A stretch of DNA of 62,195 nt, filler included. It is 8 parts of 8 records of this genome, joined end to end, with 100 filler letters (N's around TTAATTAATTAA, not from the genome) between each part and the next. Parts side by side here need not be neighbours in the genome. Positions count along the whole stretch, not along the records: positions 42,592 to 51,165 come from SRR31147125_5114; positions 51,266 to 56,282 come from SRR31147125_5160; 6 more parts are not named here. One strand, given 5' to 3'. The translations under genes were made by a program, and so were the position numbers. The notes under the pieces are model-generated. The model searched no databases. It was not told where the DNA came from and was given only the letters and a program-made list of their open reading frames with translations. Positions 43,015 through 52,729 of the stretch are shown one piece after another; the stretch's first letter is position 1; every line of letters starts with the position of its first letter.

Positions 43015-43659
43015 TTAGTTATTGTCCTTATCTATTTGTGTTTTTATAAGTTCTTGTGTTTTTACAGAGTGCTCGCGCATTAGTTTTTCCGCCAGTTCTG
43101 CATCACCTTTTCCTATAGCATCAATAATTCCAAGGTGTTCCGGTAGTGTTTCTTCCGGTTCACGTATTAATCCACCGCGATAGGTTTGTGAAGTAATATT
43201 TTTCACCACTTCAAATTTTTGCAGAGCCTTGGTTCCCGCTAATCTTTAACATTGTATTATGAAACTCTTGATCGGCTTCTATATATTTTTTTATATCGAT
43301 CTTCTTTTTACCAACAAAAGGACTAAACAGGCCTTTTAATTCCTCTAGCTCCTCTTCCGATATTACAATGGTTGCTCTTCTTGCAGCAATACCTTCAAGT
43401 GCCTCCCTGCATTCAAAAGCATCTAACATCATTGCATTATCAATCTCGGTTACATAAAATCCCCTGCGAGGAAGATTCTCTACCAGCATTTCGTTTTCTA
43501 ACATTTGAAAAGCTTTATGCAAGGGCATGCGGCTTACACCAAATCGGGCTGCAATTTGTTCCTGCACCAACTTTTCTCCAGCTCGAACTCGTTAGACAAA
43601 ATCATTGCTTTTAATCGTTTATAAACCTCGAAACTTAAATCGGTATATTTAATTTCCAT
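43015..43659 (-). CDS. GntR-family regulator with FCD domain, broken by two frameshifts
   Basis: ATG 43659; QEQIAARFGVSRMP...PRRGFYV; DQEFH; EHLGIIDAI...AEKLMREH. Confidence 0.82.
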
Positions 43660-43674
43660 TTTTTAGTTTGTTTT

Positions 43675-43684
43675 TTGTATACAA
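43675..43684. promoter_or_regulatory. Putative GntR operator TTGTATACAA
   Basis: Perfect palindrome upstream of gntR; identical copy at 44889-44898. Confidence 0.6.
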
Positions 43685-43740
43685 AAGACGAAGTTATAAT
43701 TTATCCTTGTATTTCGAGCGTATTCGAAATACAAATTAGT

Positions 43741-44839
43741 CTACAAATATTTCTTTGGTTTTATTAAAGAAATCCCGTTTACGTTCTGAACTGATTCCCA
43801 GTTAACCGGAACACTCTGATACCCTTCATCAAAGCCCTCGTCTTTCATCCTGAAATCGAAATATCCCCACGAAGCATAAGCTTTAGTTGCATTTACGTAA
43901 TTATTTTCCGGTTTATCGAAATCGAAATGATCGTCTTCGTTAAAAACAATTGGTTTTGGTTTGTATGAAGGCAGAGCCCGAACCTGAGCCACCATTTCGG
44001 TAATTCGCTCCGGTTGTTTAACTCCGTTTCCATGAATCAGAATAAAATCAGCTACTTCAACCACTTTATCGGGAGGAATTGTATTGCCGTTAAAACTGGT
44101 TGAAACCAATAATTCGGGCACTTTCTTTTTTATTCTTAAAATGAGTTCGTGAATTCGGTTTTGTTTTAATATTTCGTGATCATAAGCACCGTTATTACTT
44201 TCATTGCCAACTTCAATGAGCATATTTTTATACCCTTTTTCCTGTAACCAGGCAATGATATTGTCAACCGCTGCAATAACTGCGGCTTCGTCTTTTAAAT
44301 TCTGGTCTTGCCCAAAATAAAACAATCCAAGAATTGGCACCATCCCAATTTCATCGGCCTTATTAAGTATTTTCTCCAGGCGTTCCATATATACCGAACG
44401 CAATTTTCCATCGTCGAAATAAGCCGAGTTATACCAATTTTTATTTCCATATCCCATTGGACTTCCGCCCTGCATATTTATTGTAAAAGCCAGCAATCCA
44501 TGGGCTTTCCAGTCGTCCATTGCAGCAACAAATTCGTTGGTGTTTCTGTCGGCACTCCATTTTCCATCCGGATAATCCCAACGCATCGCAGTTTCAGGGT
44601 TCAAATCATCGAAAATACCTTGTACCATTCTCGAATTTGGTAGTAATCCTTCAACCGGAACTCCCTTGGGTTCGACCTTCAAACGTTGGTTTACCATTAA
44701 TCAGAAATTTTTCGCCATCGATACCAATAGTTGTTTTGGCATTTATTGGCACTATGTTTTTTGCTGAACTAGACTTAGTTCCCATATTACACGCAACAGT
44801 AACCAGACACAAAAACAGGCTATAAAATAAGTTCTTCAT
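43741..44839 (-). CDS. Lipoprotein with a probable GH clan-A-like TIM barrel (frameshifted near 44665)
   Basis: Lipobox TVAC; IDGEKFLINGKPT; EVGNE and VFNED candidate catalytic motifs. Confidence 0.6.
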
Positions 44840-44888
44840 GATGAAGTTTAGATTGATGGATTACTAATTTTGATTCAAATATAGTATT

Positions 44889-44898
44889 TTGTATACAA
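44889..44898. promoter_or_regulatory. Second putative GntR operator TTGTATACAA
   Basis: Palindrome 50 nt upstream of the lipoprotein start. Confidence 0.6.
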
Positions 44899-45113
44899 TA
44901 TTCAAAGTTACAATTAAATCTAACTTTAAATATTAAATGCGAATAAAGGATTGAAAATTATGAGCGTAAATCCTTAAATTTACCTCAAGTCTAAAGGATG
45001 CCTGCGGATTTCCTCACTTTCTTCCTTTAGGATTGAAGTAAAAAAGGGAAAAAATCGATGATAACATGATTATTTTGTCAACCCTTGATTGACATCTTAA
45101 TTCTGCTTGATAT

Positions 45114-45812
45114 TTATTTTAACGGAGTGGTTTTATCAATTGGAGTTAATTCAACCTTACGAAACTCAACTTCAGAGCCTTCTGCCTGAATAGCAACTTG
45201 TCCTTTAGTAGCAGTACAATTATAACCATAGTTTACCAAATCGTTATTCACCCAAACTTTAATGGTGTCGGCTAAACATTCCACAATCATATTGTTCCAT
45301 TCTCCCAGCAGATTTTCCGAGCCATCGGTTAAATTAATAATTCTTCGCTTCTTCCCTTCGGTAATCCCCCACTCTTCTTTTGGGCCACGACGCTCAATCA
45401 TATTTGGCACTTCAACATCTTCAACAATACACCAAAAATCGCCGGCATGTTCGTGTTGCATTTGCACTTCTAACGATTTTGGGAACATTTTATACAAGGC
45501 ACGTGGAGTAGACGCATGAACAAGTACTCCACAATTCCCGGGTTTACCTGCAAAACGATATTCAACATCTAAACGATAATTCTGAAAAACAGAATCGGTT
45601 ATTAAATGTCCGCGAGGTTCGCCCATACTAACCAGCAATGAATCGCGAACGATAAACGATTTTTCGAGAGCCGGATTTTCATCAGATTTTGGAACATCGG
45701 CGTGCCAACCTGCAAGATTTACACCGTTAAAAAGTTGTTGGGTTTTGGGCTGGTTTGGTTTGCAGGCGAACATTGTCGCAAGAATGATGAATAGGTAAAC
45801 TGTATTTTTCAT
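45114..45812 (-). CDS. DUF1080 (3-keto-disaccharide hydrolase family) lipoprotein
   Basis: Lipobox MFAC; LFNGVNLAGW, GNCGV, EVQ, GEWN, IQAEG...FRKV. Confidence 0.85.
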   Translation of the reverse strand: MKNTVYLFIILATMFACKPNQPKTQQLFNGVNLAGWHADVPKSDENPALEKSFIVRDSLLVSMGEPRGHLITDSVFQNYRLDVEYRFAGKPGNCGVLVHASTPRALYKMFPKSLEVQMQHEHAGDFWCIVEDVEVPNMIERRGPKEEWGITEGKKRRIINLTDGSENLLGEWNNMIVECLADTIKVWVNNDLVNYGYNCTATKGQVAIQAEGSEVEFRKVELTPIDKTTPLK

Positions 45813-45827
45813 TGGTTTCAAATTTAG

Positions 45828-45908
45828 TGTCATTTCGAACTATATTAAACATTAAAATTTCTCAGTCCCCTACAAATCGGGGCAGGCTATTCCTCTTTCG
45901 AAATGACA
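45828..45908. repeat. REP-like intergenic inverted repeat
   Basis: TGTCATTTCGAA (45828-45839) / TTCGAAATGACA (45897-45908), perfect 12 bp. Confidence 0.55.
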
Positions 45909-45916
45909 GGTATTTA

Positions 45917-47182
45917 TTACTTTATATACTTATCGGCCCACTTAATATATTGCTCCCAATCGAAATCGGTAACATCGTGTTTTCCGGAACGAATATGATA
46001 TGCAACCGTATTTTGGATAGGCTGATTTACATTGGGCATATCTTTCTGAGTGATTCCTTTTTTGCCATATAATTTATAAACGGGGCTGGCATACAAAGCC
46101 GAAAGAAACTCTCCTTTTGGATCGGACCAAAGGTCTTCTTCGGCGCTGGCAACGTATACTGGTCGGGGTGCAATTAAAGAAATTAACTGGTGCTGATCTG
46201 CCGGTAAAGCTTCTTCGTTTTTGCTGTAATTCCTGAAATTATTACAAAACCAATGCGGAAAGTTTTTGTTAATCCGCCAAACGGTTTCGCCAAATCTGCG
46301 TTTCGAAAGAGCAGCTCCTCCACAACCGGAATTATTCGAAATTACTCCGGCAAAACGCTCATCTTGTGCACCAGCCCATAACGAAGTTTTTCCCAGTCGC
46401 GAATGACCAAATACAATCACCTTCGAAGCGTCAACATCGCTGTCTTGTTCAAAATAATCCACTGCTCTACTTAATCCCCAGGCCCAGGCCGAAATGGCTC
46501 CCCATTCGTTGTCGGCAGGTTGTTGCTGGTCGTCGACATAAAATAGCGGGTGAACACCATCAGAAAAATCATCTTTATCGGGATCAACCTCGCAATAATA
46601 AATTACTGCCAAACCATAACCGGCCTCAACAATTTTACGAATTGCCCAGCGGTTTGTGCGTACTCCCCGCGATTGCTCGGTTAATTGGTTATGTACAATC
46701 CCAAACGAGGGATTGTCGCGTGCCCATGCTTCCGAAATAATTACATTTACATCTTCGGTTACCGTATGATTACCGTAAAAATTATAGCCTAAAAACACCG
46801 GAACATTTTTAATATTTTTAGGCAAATACATTAAAATAGTAAACTCTATAATTTTATCATTTTTCTGAAAAGAAAGAGTAACCTGTTTCCTATTTGCCAT
46901 TCCATTCAGCGCATTATTACTTTCGTCTTCAAGCTCAAACGAAGAAATTTCAAGTTCCCCCGGAACTTCACCATATACATTTTGGGTAAACCAATCCAAC
47001 AATTCAGTACGACGTTTCTTTTCCCATTGTTTTACGTTTCGCACCTTTTTGCCTTTAAACGTTTTTAATGGATCTGGTAGTTTAAACTCGGGAACTTTAC
47101 TTTCGTCGTAATTCGGATTGTATTGAGCAAATGCATTTTGAAATAGTAATGATAATATCAGAAATAGAATTATATTCTTCAT
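45917..47182 (-). CDS. Carbohydrate esterase family 15 (glucuronoyl esterase-like)
   Basis: Signal peptide; WAWGLSRAVDY, GHSRLGK nucleophile motif, SGCGGAA, LIAPRP. Confidence 0.88.
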   Translation of the reverse strand: MKNIILFLILSLLFQNAFAQYNPNYDESKVPEFKLPDPLKTFKGKKVRNVKQWEKKRRTELLDWFTQNVYGEVPGELEISSFELEDESNNALNGMANRKQVTLSFQKNDKIIEFTILMYLPKNIKNVPVFLGYNFYGNHTVTEDVNVIISEAWARDNPSFGIVHNQLTEQSRGVRTNRWAIRKIVEAGYGLAVIYYCEVDPDKDDFSDGVHPLFYVDDQQQPADNEWGAISAWAWGLSRAVDYFEQDSDVDASKVIVFGHSRLGKTSLWAGAQDERFAGVISNNSGCGGAALSKRRFGETVWRINKNFPHWFCNNFRNYSKNEEALPADQHQLISLIAPRPVYVASAEEDLWSDPKGEFLSALYASPVYKLYGKKGITQKDMPNVNQPIQNTVAYHIRSGKHDVTDFDWEQYIKWADKYIK

Positions 47183-47297
47183 CAGGTAGTTGGAATTAAG
47201 TTTGCCAGGTAAATATACTTTTAATAATTTCGAATTTGAAATTATAGTATAATGAATCACAATATGCTGTTGTAAAAAATATTGAAACCAATCGAGC

Positions 47298-48617
47298 TTA
47301 ATTCTTTCTGAAAATCTTTCCCTCTTTCTGATATTCTTTCTGAACGCCTTTTAACAAATCGTCCATTTCCAACCACTGTTTTCCTTTCTGCATGGTTTGC
47401 AAACCGGCAAACTGAACAACATTAACAATGTTTGCCCCGGTAAGCTTGTAATTCTTTGCAATTTCATTAAGCTTAATATTGCCATTTAACTTCACACTTT
47501 CAGGAATATAGTTTTGCCACAGCAGCAATCTCTCGCTCACTCCCGGATTCTCAAATTCAATGATGGTATTAAACCGTCGGGTAAACGAAGAATCGATATT
47601 TGCTTTCATATTCGAGGCAAGAATTACCAGGCCGGCATGTGCTTCAATACGTTGCAACAAGTACGAAACTTCCTTATTGGCATATTTATCGTGGGCATCG
47701 CGAACGTTGGTGCGTTTTCCAAAAATAGAATCGGCCTCATCGAAAAAAAGTATCCAGTCTTTGTGGGCAGCTTTATCAAATAATTTGGAAAGGTTCTTTT
47801 CGGTTTCGCCAATATATTTCGAAACTACCATAGAAAGGTCTACTCTGAAAACATCGCGCTTGGTGTATTTTCCCAGCAAACAAGCTGTCATTGTTTTGCC
47901 GGTTCCGGGAGGCCCGTGAAACAAAATACGGTAGCCGGGTCTTATTTTATCGCGCATTTTCCATTCGTCGAGAAGCTGTTCATTGTATTTAAGCCAGGTT
48001 TCTACCTCTTTAATTTCTGAGAGAGTTTTTTCCTGCAAAACCAAATCATCCCATTCGAGACTGGTATTTATTAACTGCGCCGGGAAATCGCTGCTTAATT
48101 TTGGACGCGATATTTTTCCTGAAGTAAAAAGGTCGACATATTCGTCATCGAGAATTAATCGCCCGCTCATTTTGGGTTCACCGGCCGGCACCTGGTCGAT
48201 GTACAACACATTTTTTCGGGCAAACAAATGCTCTTCCTGAAACATTTTTGCTACTTCAACACGTTTCTCAATGTCAATACCGGCAAGGATATATTGTACC
48301 GTTTCGCCGGTTGGTAAAATGCCCCGGTGGTTTTTTCCTTTCACTCCGCCAAATTCTGGAAAATCGCCGCCGTTGGGAAGATATTCGGCAATAATATTGC
48401 TGAAGAAATTTGGAGAGATGTGGGGAGTGAGGGCTATTAGGAGGGTGATTATTTCGGGCTGGGAAAGATTGTTTGTTTTTATAAAATGCGATAGTTTTGA
48501 GTTATAAATCCCGTCGAAAAAAATCTCATCAACATTTGCCTTAACTCCTTTTAACTCCATGTTGAGCCGTGACTGCACAACAATGTTAACCAAAGACATT
48601 ACCTCTGAGTATGCCAT
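47298..48617 (-). CDS. AAA+ ATPase of the eCIS-associated (Afp15/Pvc15-like) type
   Basis: GPPGTGKT, VDLSMVVSKYIGETEKNL, LFFDEADSIFGKR, DKYANKEVSYLLQRIE. Confidence 0.85.
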   Translation of the reverse strand: MAYSEVMSLVNIVVQSRLNMELKGVKANVDEIFFDGIYNSKLSHFIKTNNLSQPEIITLLIALTPHISPNFFSNIIAEYLPNGGDFPEFGGVKGKNHRGILPTGETVQYILAGIDIEKRVEVAKMFQEEHLFARKNVLYIDQVPAGEPKMSGRLILDDEYVDLFTSGKISRPKLSSDFPAQLINTSLEWDDLVLQEKTLSEIKEVETWLKYNEQLLDEWKMRDKIRPGYRILFHGPPGTGKTMTACLLGKYTKRDVFRVDLSMVVSKYIGETEKNLSKLFDKAAHKDWILFFDEADSIFGKRTNVRDAHDKYANKEVSYLLQRIEAHAGLVILASNMKANIDSSFTRRFNTIIEFENPGVSERLLLWQNYIPESVKLNGNIKLNEIAKNYKLTGANIVNVVQFAGLQTMQKGKQWLEMDDLLKGVQKEYQKEGKIFRKN

Positions 48618-48619
48618 CG

Positions 48620-48895
48620 CTATATAACTTTTTCCATTATAACTTTTGACCGTGCTTCAATCTCTCCCTTTTTAAATTCTTTAAGCCTCCATGTTTCTTC
48701 GCCGAAATTAATAGTATCATTTAGAAATAAAATATGTAAATCTTTCACGTTTATACGAAATGTGACACTCATCTCCTTAGTTACATATCCTTCTTTATCT
48801 TTTCTATTTCTTTTATAAATATTTCCACATGATATATCAACCCCATTTATCTGACTCACTGTAGTCTCTGTTACTATTACCTCTCTTATTATCAT
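48620..48895 (-). CDS. Small hypothetical protein (91 aa, beta-strand-rich)
   Basis: AT-rich ORF tightly packed between the DUF4157 gene and the ATPase (2-nt gap). Confidence 0.6.
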   Translation of the reverse strand: MIIREVIVTETTVSQINGVDISCGNIYKRNRKDKEGYVTKEMSVTFRINVKDLHILFLNDTINFGEETWRLKEFKKGEIEARSKVIMEKVI

Positions 48896-48943
48896 GTCAC
48901 TTTCCTTTTTATATACTTTAAAATTACAAAATTAAACAAAGCT

Positions 48944-51163
48944 TTACGGTACTTCAATCCGAATTGTACTAACCTTTCTGAAATACTGACGAAACTGTGC
49001 CCAGGTCAAAGTGCGCACAGCCAAATTTCCAATATGTTGACCATGAGGATTTCTCAGGGTTATATCGTCATTTGTTACAGACATTATGGTATAAGCATGA
49101 CCACCAATTATTTCATTATTCTGAGCAAATTGAGCTTCAGCTCCTTCCAAATCGGCAAAATAGCTAGTAATTTTTGTAGATGCCGTAGCAGGATGGTTAG
49201 CGGTGAAGGCAGCTTGTAGCCTTGCCAACAACTCTGCATCATTAACATCTTCTAATCTAATATCATCAGCTTCTGTCCCGGTTATTGCCTCCATAGCTTC
49301 AGTAGGGAAACCGCCATGGATTTCCTCATAATTTCCTCTTAATTTAGCATAAGCCTTTTCAAGTAATCTTACCCAAATCTCTGTATTACCTCCTGCATTT
49401 ACATCTCCTCCTCTGGCATAGGTATCATCACCTGTTCCTCCTGAATTTTGAGGAAATGTTGGCGTAACATTTACAACCTGTGGTCTAAAAGTATCACCAT
49501 CGCGAACATGTAATGTAACGTTATAAGAACCATCAGGAAGCCTTGCACTAATCATATTTCTTAGTAGTTCTGGATTTGTATTGGCGGTAGCAGCAAGAGA
49601 AGCCAAAAAGAAGCAATCACCAACTCCTCCCTGATGGACATCGTCTGCAGCAAAGGTATGAGTTCCTGGCTCATCTCCAGCCCCGGTTGTTGAAACAACA
49701 TCAGGTCGCGCAGCTCCATAAGCAGATGTTGCCTGATCGTCTCGTATAGCAGGTCCACTACCCGTTAAAATGTCATTGAATCTTTGTAAGTCGCTTCCTG
49801 ATAATTCATTTCTTAAAACACTAACAAATGAAGTATTTGCTGACAATTCAGTCCTTTGAGTTGGTGTTAATGCAATTAAGGTATCGAATAACAGACCTTC
49901 ATTTGTACCCGCACCAAAAGAAGCATTCCACAATGAATTGATGTATGTCGGAAACGAAGATTCCGTTCCATACCTGAATAACAATTGTGTTTTCGCATAG
50001 TCATGCCCCGACATTTCATTTCTTAAGGTTCGTTGAACCCATGTTGAACGCTGTAATAGTCCCCGGTTAGTTGAACTCCGGATAGCATCATAAACCAATT
50101 CTTCGTTGGTTCCTGCCCCGTCTGTTGCTTCCCATATTGTTAAAATTCCAGGTGGAAAATTAGATTCGGGGCCATATTTTAATAAAAGTTCTGCTTTGAA
50201 CAAATCATAACCAGACAGCTCATCGTTTAATATCTCCTGTACCCTTGGATCACTTCGGAGGATATTTCTTTCCGAACATTCTCTTATTGCCCTGAATATG
50301 GCATTTTCATCTGTTCCCAGACCACTAGCTGCTTCTTCTATTTGAGACAATGATTCAGAGGCAGTAGCTCGTTGCACTAATAATTGCATTCCACTTGCCC
50401 CTTGCTGCACAGTATGCGTTAACTCATGCCCCAACAGCCTTTTCCCTTGAATTGTATTTGGATTATATTTACCTTCATTAAAATAAATGTCGTTTCCAGT
50501 GGTAAAAGCTTGTGCACCCAAATCTTTATTCATTTGAACTGCCGTACTATCGGTATGAACTTTCACTCCACTAAAATCGACTCCGAAACCACTTTCCATT
50601 TCGCTCCGAACATTTTTATCTAATGGACTACCTCCTCCTTTTGAAGATTGTATAGTCTGCTCCGTTGTATTAGAAGCTACAGTGCCATTTTCCCCTTTCA
50701 TTTGAAGCTCCTCCTCTTCTTCAACTTGTTTCTGTACTTCAAGTTTTGGGAGTATTTCCTCCTCTTCCTCTTCTTCAATCTGCATTTGAAGTTCTTCCTC
50801 CTCTTCCTCCGGTTGCATCTGCATCATTTCCTCTTCTTCCTCTTCCTGCCGCTGTACTTCAATTTTTGCTTGTAATTCTTCTTCCTCCTCCTCTTGACGT
50901 TGAATAGCTAATTTTGGTTGAAGCACCTCCTCTTCTTCCTGCTCTTCTTGTCTCTGAATATCAACCTTTTCTTTTTTTTGTATTAATGGAGTTATAGTTT
51001 CGGCAAGTGGTTTGGTTTGAATATCAGAAGGCTTAGAAGGAGGAAAAAAGTTAATGGTTTCCGGCTTTCTATTCACAACTTCATCGGCTATTTTATCGGC
51101 TTCCTGCTCGTATTTATCTCCAGGTTGACCGATATTTAATTTGGGTTGCGCAACAAAAAAGTT
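48944..51163 (-). CDS. DUF4157 (eCIS core) protein with three annexin-like repeats and a C-terminal calpain-like (peptidase C2) domain; 5' partial
   Basis: Frame open to contig edge (QPKLNIGQPGDKYEQEAD); Glu-rich repeats; GGGSPL...VKVHTD...AQAFTTGNDIYF...LLGHELTHTVQQ; GxGT..ELSG x3; QGGVGDC, WVRLLEKAYAK, GHAY, RNPHG. Confidence 0.88.
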   Translation of the reverse strand, partial: NFFVAQPKLNIGQPGDKYEQEADKIADEVVNRKPETINFFPPSKPSDIQTKPLAETITPLIQKKEKVDIQRQEEQEEEEVLQPKLAIQRQEEEEEELQAKIEVQRQEEEEEEMMQMQPEEEEEELQMQIEEEEEEEILPKLEVQKQVEEEEELQMKGENGTVASNTTEQTIQSSKGGGSPLDKNVRSEMESGFGVDFSGVKVHTDSTAVQMNKDLGAQAFTTGNDIYFNEGKYNPNTIQGKRLLGHELTHTVQQGASGMQLLVQRATASESLSQIEEAASGLGTDENAIFRAIRECSERNILRSDPRVQEILNDELSGYDLFKAELLLKYGPESNFPPGILTIWEATDGAGTNEELVYDAIRSSTNRGLLQRSTWVQRTLRNEMSGHDYAKTQLLFRYGTESSFPTYINSLWNASFGAGTNEGLLFDTLIALTPTQRTELSANTSFVSVLRNELSGSDLQRFNDILTGSGPAIRDDQATSAYGAARPDVVSTTGAGDEPGTHTFAADDVHQGGVGDCFFLASLAATANTNPELLRNMISARLPDGSYNVTLHVRDGDTFRPQVVNVTPTFPQNSGGTGDDTYARGGDVNAGGNTEIWVRLLEKAYAKLRGNYEEIHGGFPTEAMEAITGTEADDIRLEDVNDAELLARLQAAFTANHPATASTKITSYFADLEGAEAQFAQNNEIIGGHAYTIMSVTNDDITLRNPHGQHIGNLAVRTLTWAQFRQYFRKVSTIRIEVP

Positions 51164-51265
51164 TTNNNNNNNNNNNNNNNNNNNNNNNNNNNNNNNNNNN
51201 NNNNNNNNNTTAATTAATTAANNNNNNNNNNNNNNNNNNNNNNNNNNNNNNNNNNNNNNNNNNNN

Positions 51266-51345
51266 AGTGGTGGAATTGGTAGACACAGGGGACTTAAAAT
51301 CCCCCGGGATAATATCCTGTACGAGTTCAAGTCTCGTCTCTGGTA
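51266..51345 (+). tRNA. tRNA-Leu(TAA), about 5 nt missing at the 5' end
   Basis: TGGTGGAATTGGTAGACAC D-arm; GGGGA-CT-TAA-AA-TCCCC anticodon arm; long variable arm; GAGTTCAAGTCTC T-arm. Confidence 0.93.
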
Positions 51346-52271
51346 AAAAATGCCTCTCTTAAATCAGCTATGTTGATTTTTTTCATTTCCATAAGCACTT
51401 TGAACATTTTATTAATCTGTTCCTCCTCCCCCTCATTCATCATTTCCACATACTCTTCAGGAACAATCTGCCAGGAAACTCCAAATTGATCTCTTAACCA
51501 GCCACATTGCTCTGCTTCAGGCACTGAAGACAGTTTATCCCAAAAATAATCGACTTCCTCTTGATTGCTGCAATAGAGAATGAAAGACAAGGCTTCATTG
51601 AATTGAAAATCATGATCATAAGCGCTGTCTGCCGCTGTGATCCATGTCTTTCCCAGTTTGAAATCAGAGAACATGGTTGTTCCCTCGTCATCTGGCTCCA
51701 TTCCAGAAGAATAAGGTACAAGTAATCCCGATTCTGAAGGATGAAATAGTGACCTGTAAAAAGAACCGGCCTCCTTTGCTTTCCCACAGTTTTCACCGAC
51801 AAATAACAGTGAAGGCATGATCGGAGGTCGGGGAGCTCCTTTCTGATCTGTGAGGATCAGCTGCCATGTCATGCCATATTTATCCTTAATCCAGCCATAA
51901 AGAGGACTGAAGTCATATCTTCCCAGCTCCATCAAAGCCTCACCCCCGACACTGAGCGTATTCCAAATATCATTTAGTTTTTCCCTGGCTGCTTCTTCTG
52001 GGTTAACTTGATCTTTGAAAAAAGTTGGATCAAAATTGACCATCATAGATATCGAAGGATTCAACTTAAAATGCGGACCGCCACTGATAGCTTCGAACCT
52101 CTGTCCCCAGATCTCAAAGGATAAAATGTCACAGTCCCCTGAAGGAGTATCTTTAATTACACTTTGGGAGAGGATTTTTGAGTCCGGAAAAAGGGAGCAA
52201 TAAAATTCAACAGAATCCTGAGCTTCTTTATCTAACCATAAATGTGGAACGATTTGCTTTTCAAACTTCAT
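51327..52271 (-). CDS. VOC/PhnB-like (3-demethylubiquinone-9 3-methyltransferase) two-domain protein
   Basis: IVPHLW, GWIKDKYGMTWQ, CGWLRDQFGVSWQIVP. Confidence 0.88.
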   Translation of the reverse strand: MKFEKQIVPHLWLDKEAQDSVEFYCSLFPDSKILSQSVIKDTPSGDCDILSFEIWGQRFEAISGGPHFKLNPSISMMVNFDPTFFKDQVNPEEAAREKLNDIWNTLSVGGEALMELGRYDFSPLYGWIKDKYGMTWQLILTDQKGAPRPPIMPSLLFVGENCGKAKEAGSFYRSLFHPSESGLLVPYSSGMEPDDEGTTMFSDFKLGKTWITAADSAYDHDFQFNEALSFILYCSNQEEVDYFWDKLSSVPEAEQCGWLRDQFGVSWQIVPEEYVEMMNEGEEEQINKMFKVLMEMKKINIADLREAFFTRDET

Positions 52272-52729
52272 ATTAGTCTCCTTTTCCTAAATCTACTGGG
52301 CATTCAACCATATGCCATCCGACACTGTTGGATAATCACTCTTAGAGAGAAGAGTTCTTCATTCCATTGAATTTGCGGCTTGCAATAATTAGGAATAACT
52401 ATATATTCATAGTCCATACTAATAAATATAGATACCTTTCCTTTATATTCAAAATCAAATTTTTCACTTTTTAATCTGCTATAACATATAAGAGGATAAA
52501 TTTTCCACATTCATCAATGTTATTAGGAATTCCTGTTATTTGTCTTGTAAGTGCTCCTCAGGTTGAAAAAGATCCGTCAACAGTTGGCATAAATCAATTA
52601 AGAGAAAGAGGATTCCATGCTTCATTTTTATAGGAATGATAGGCAGAAAGAATCAGAATTAATCCCTTTTTAATGAATAAAATCGATAATACGGTGATAT
52701 CATTCTATGAGATCTTCAGGAGGGATATT

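Noticed and set aside
52304-52625. Short minus-strand ORFs between the VOC and ferredoxin genes
   Set aside because: No recognisable motif; possibly a decayed or frameshifted gene, but not supportable.
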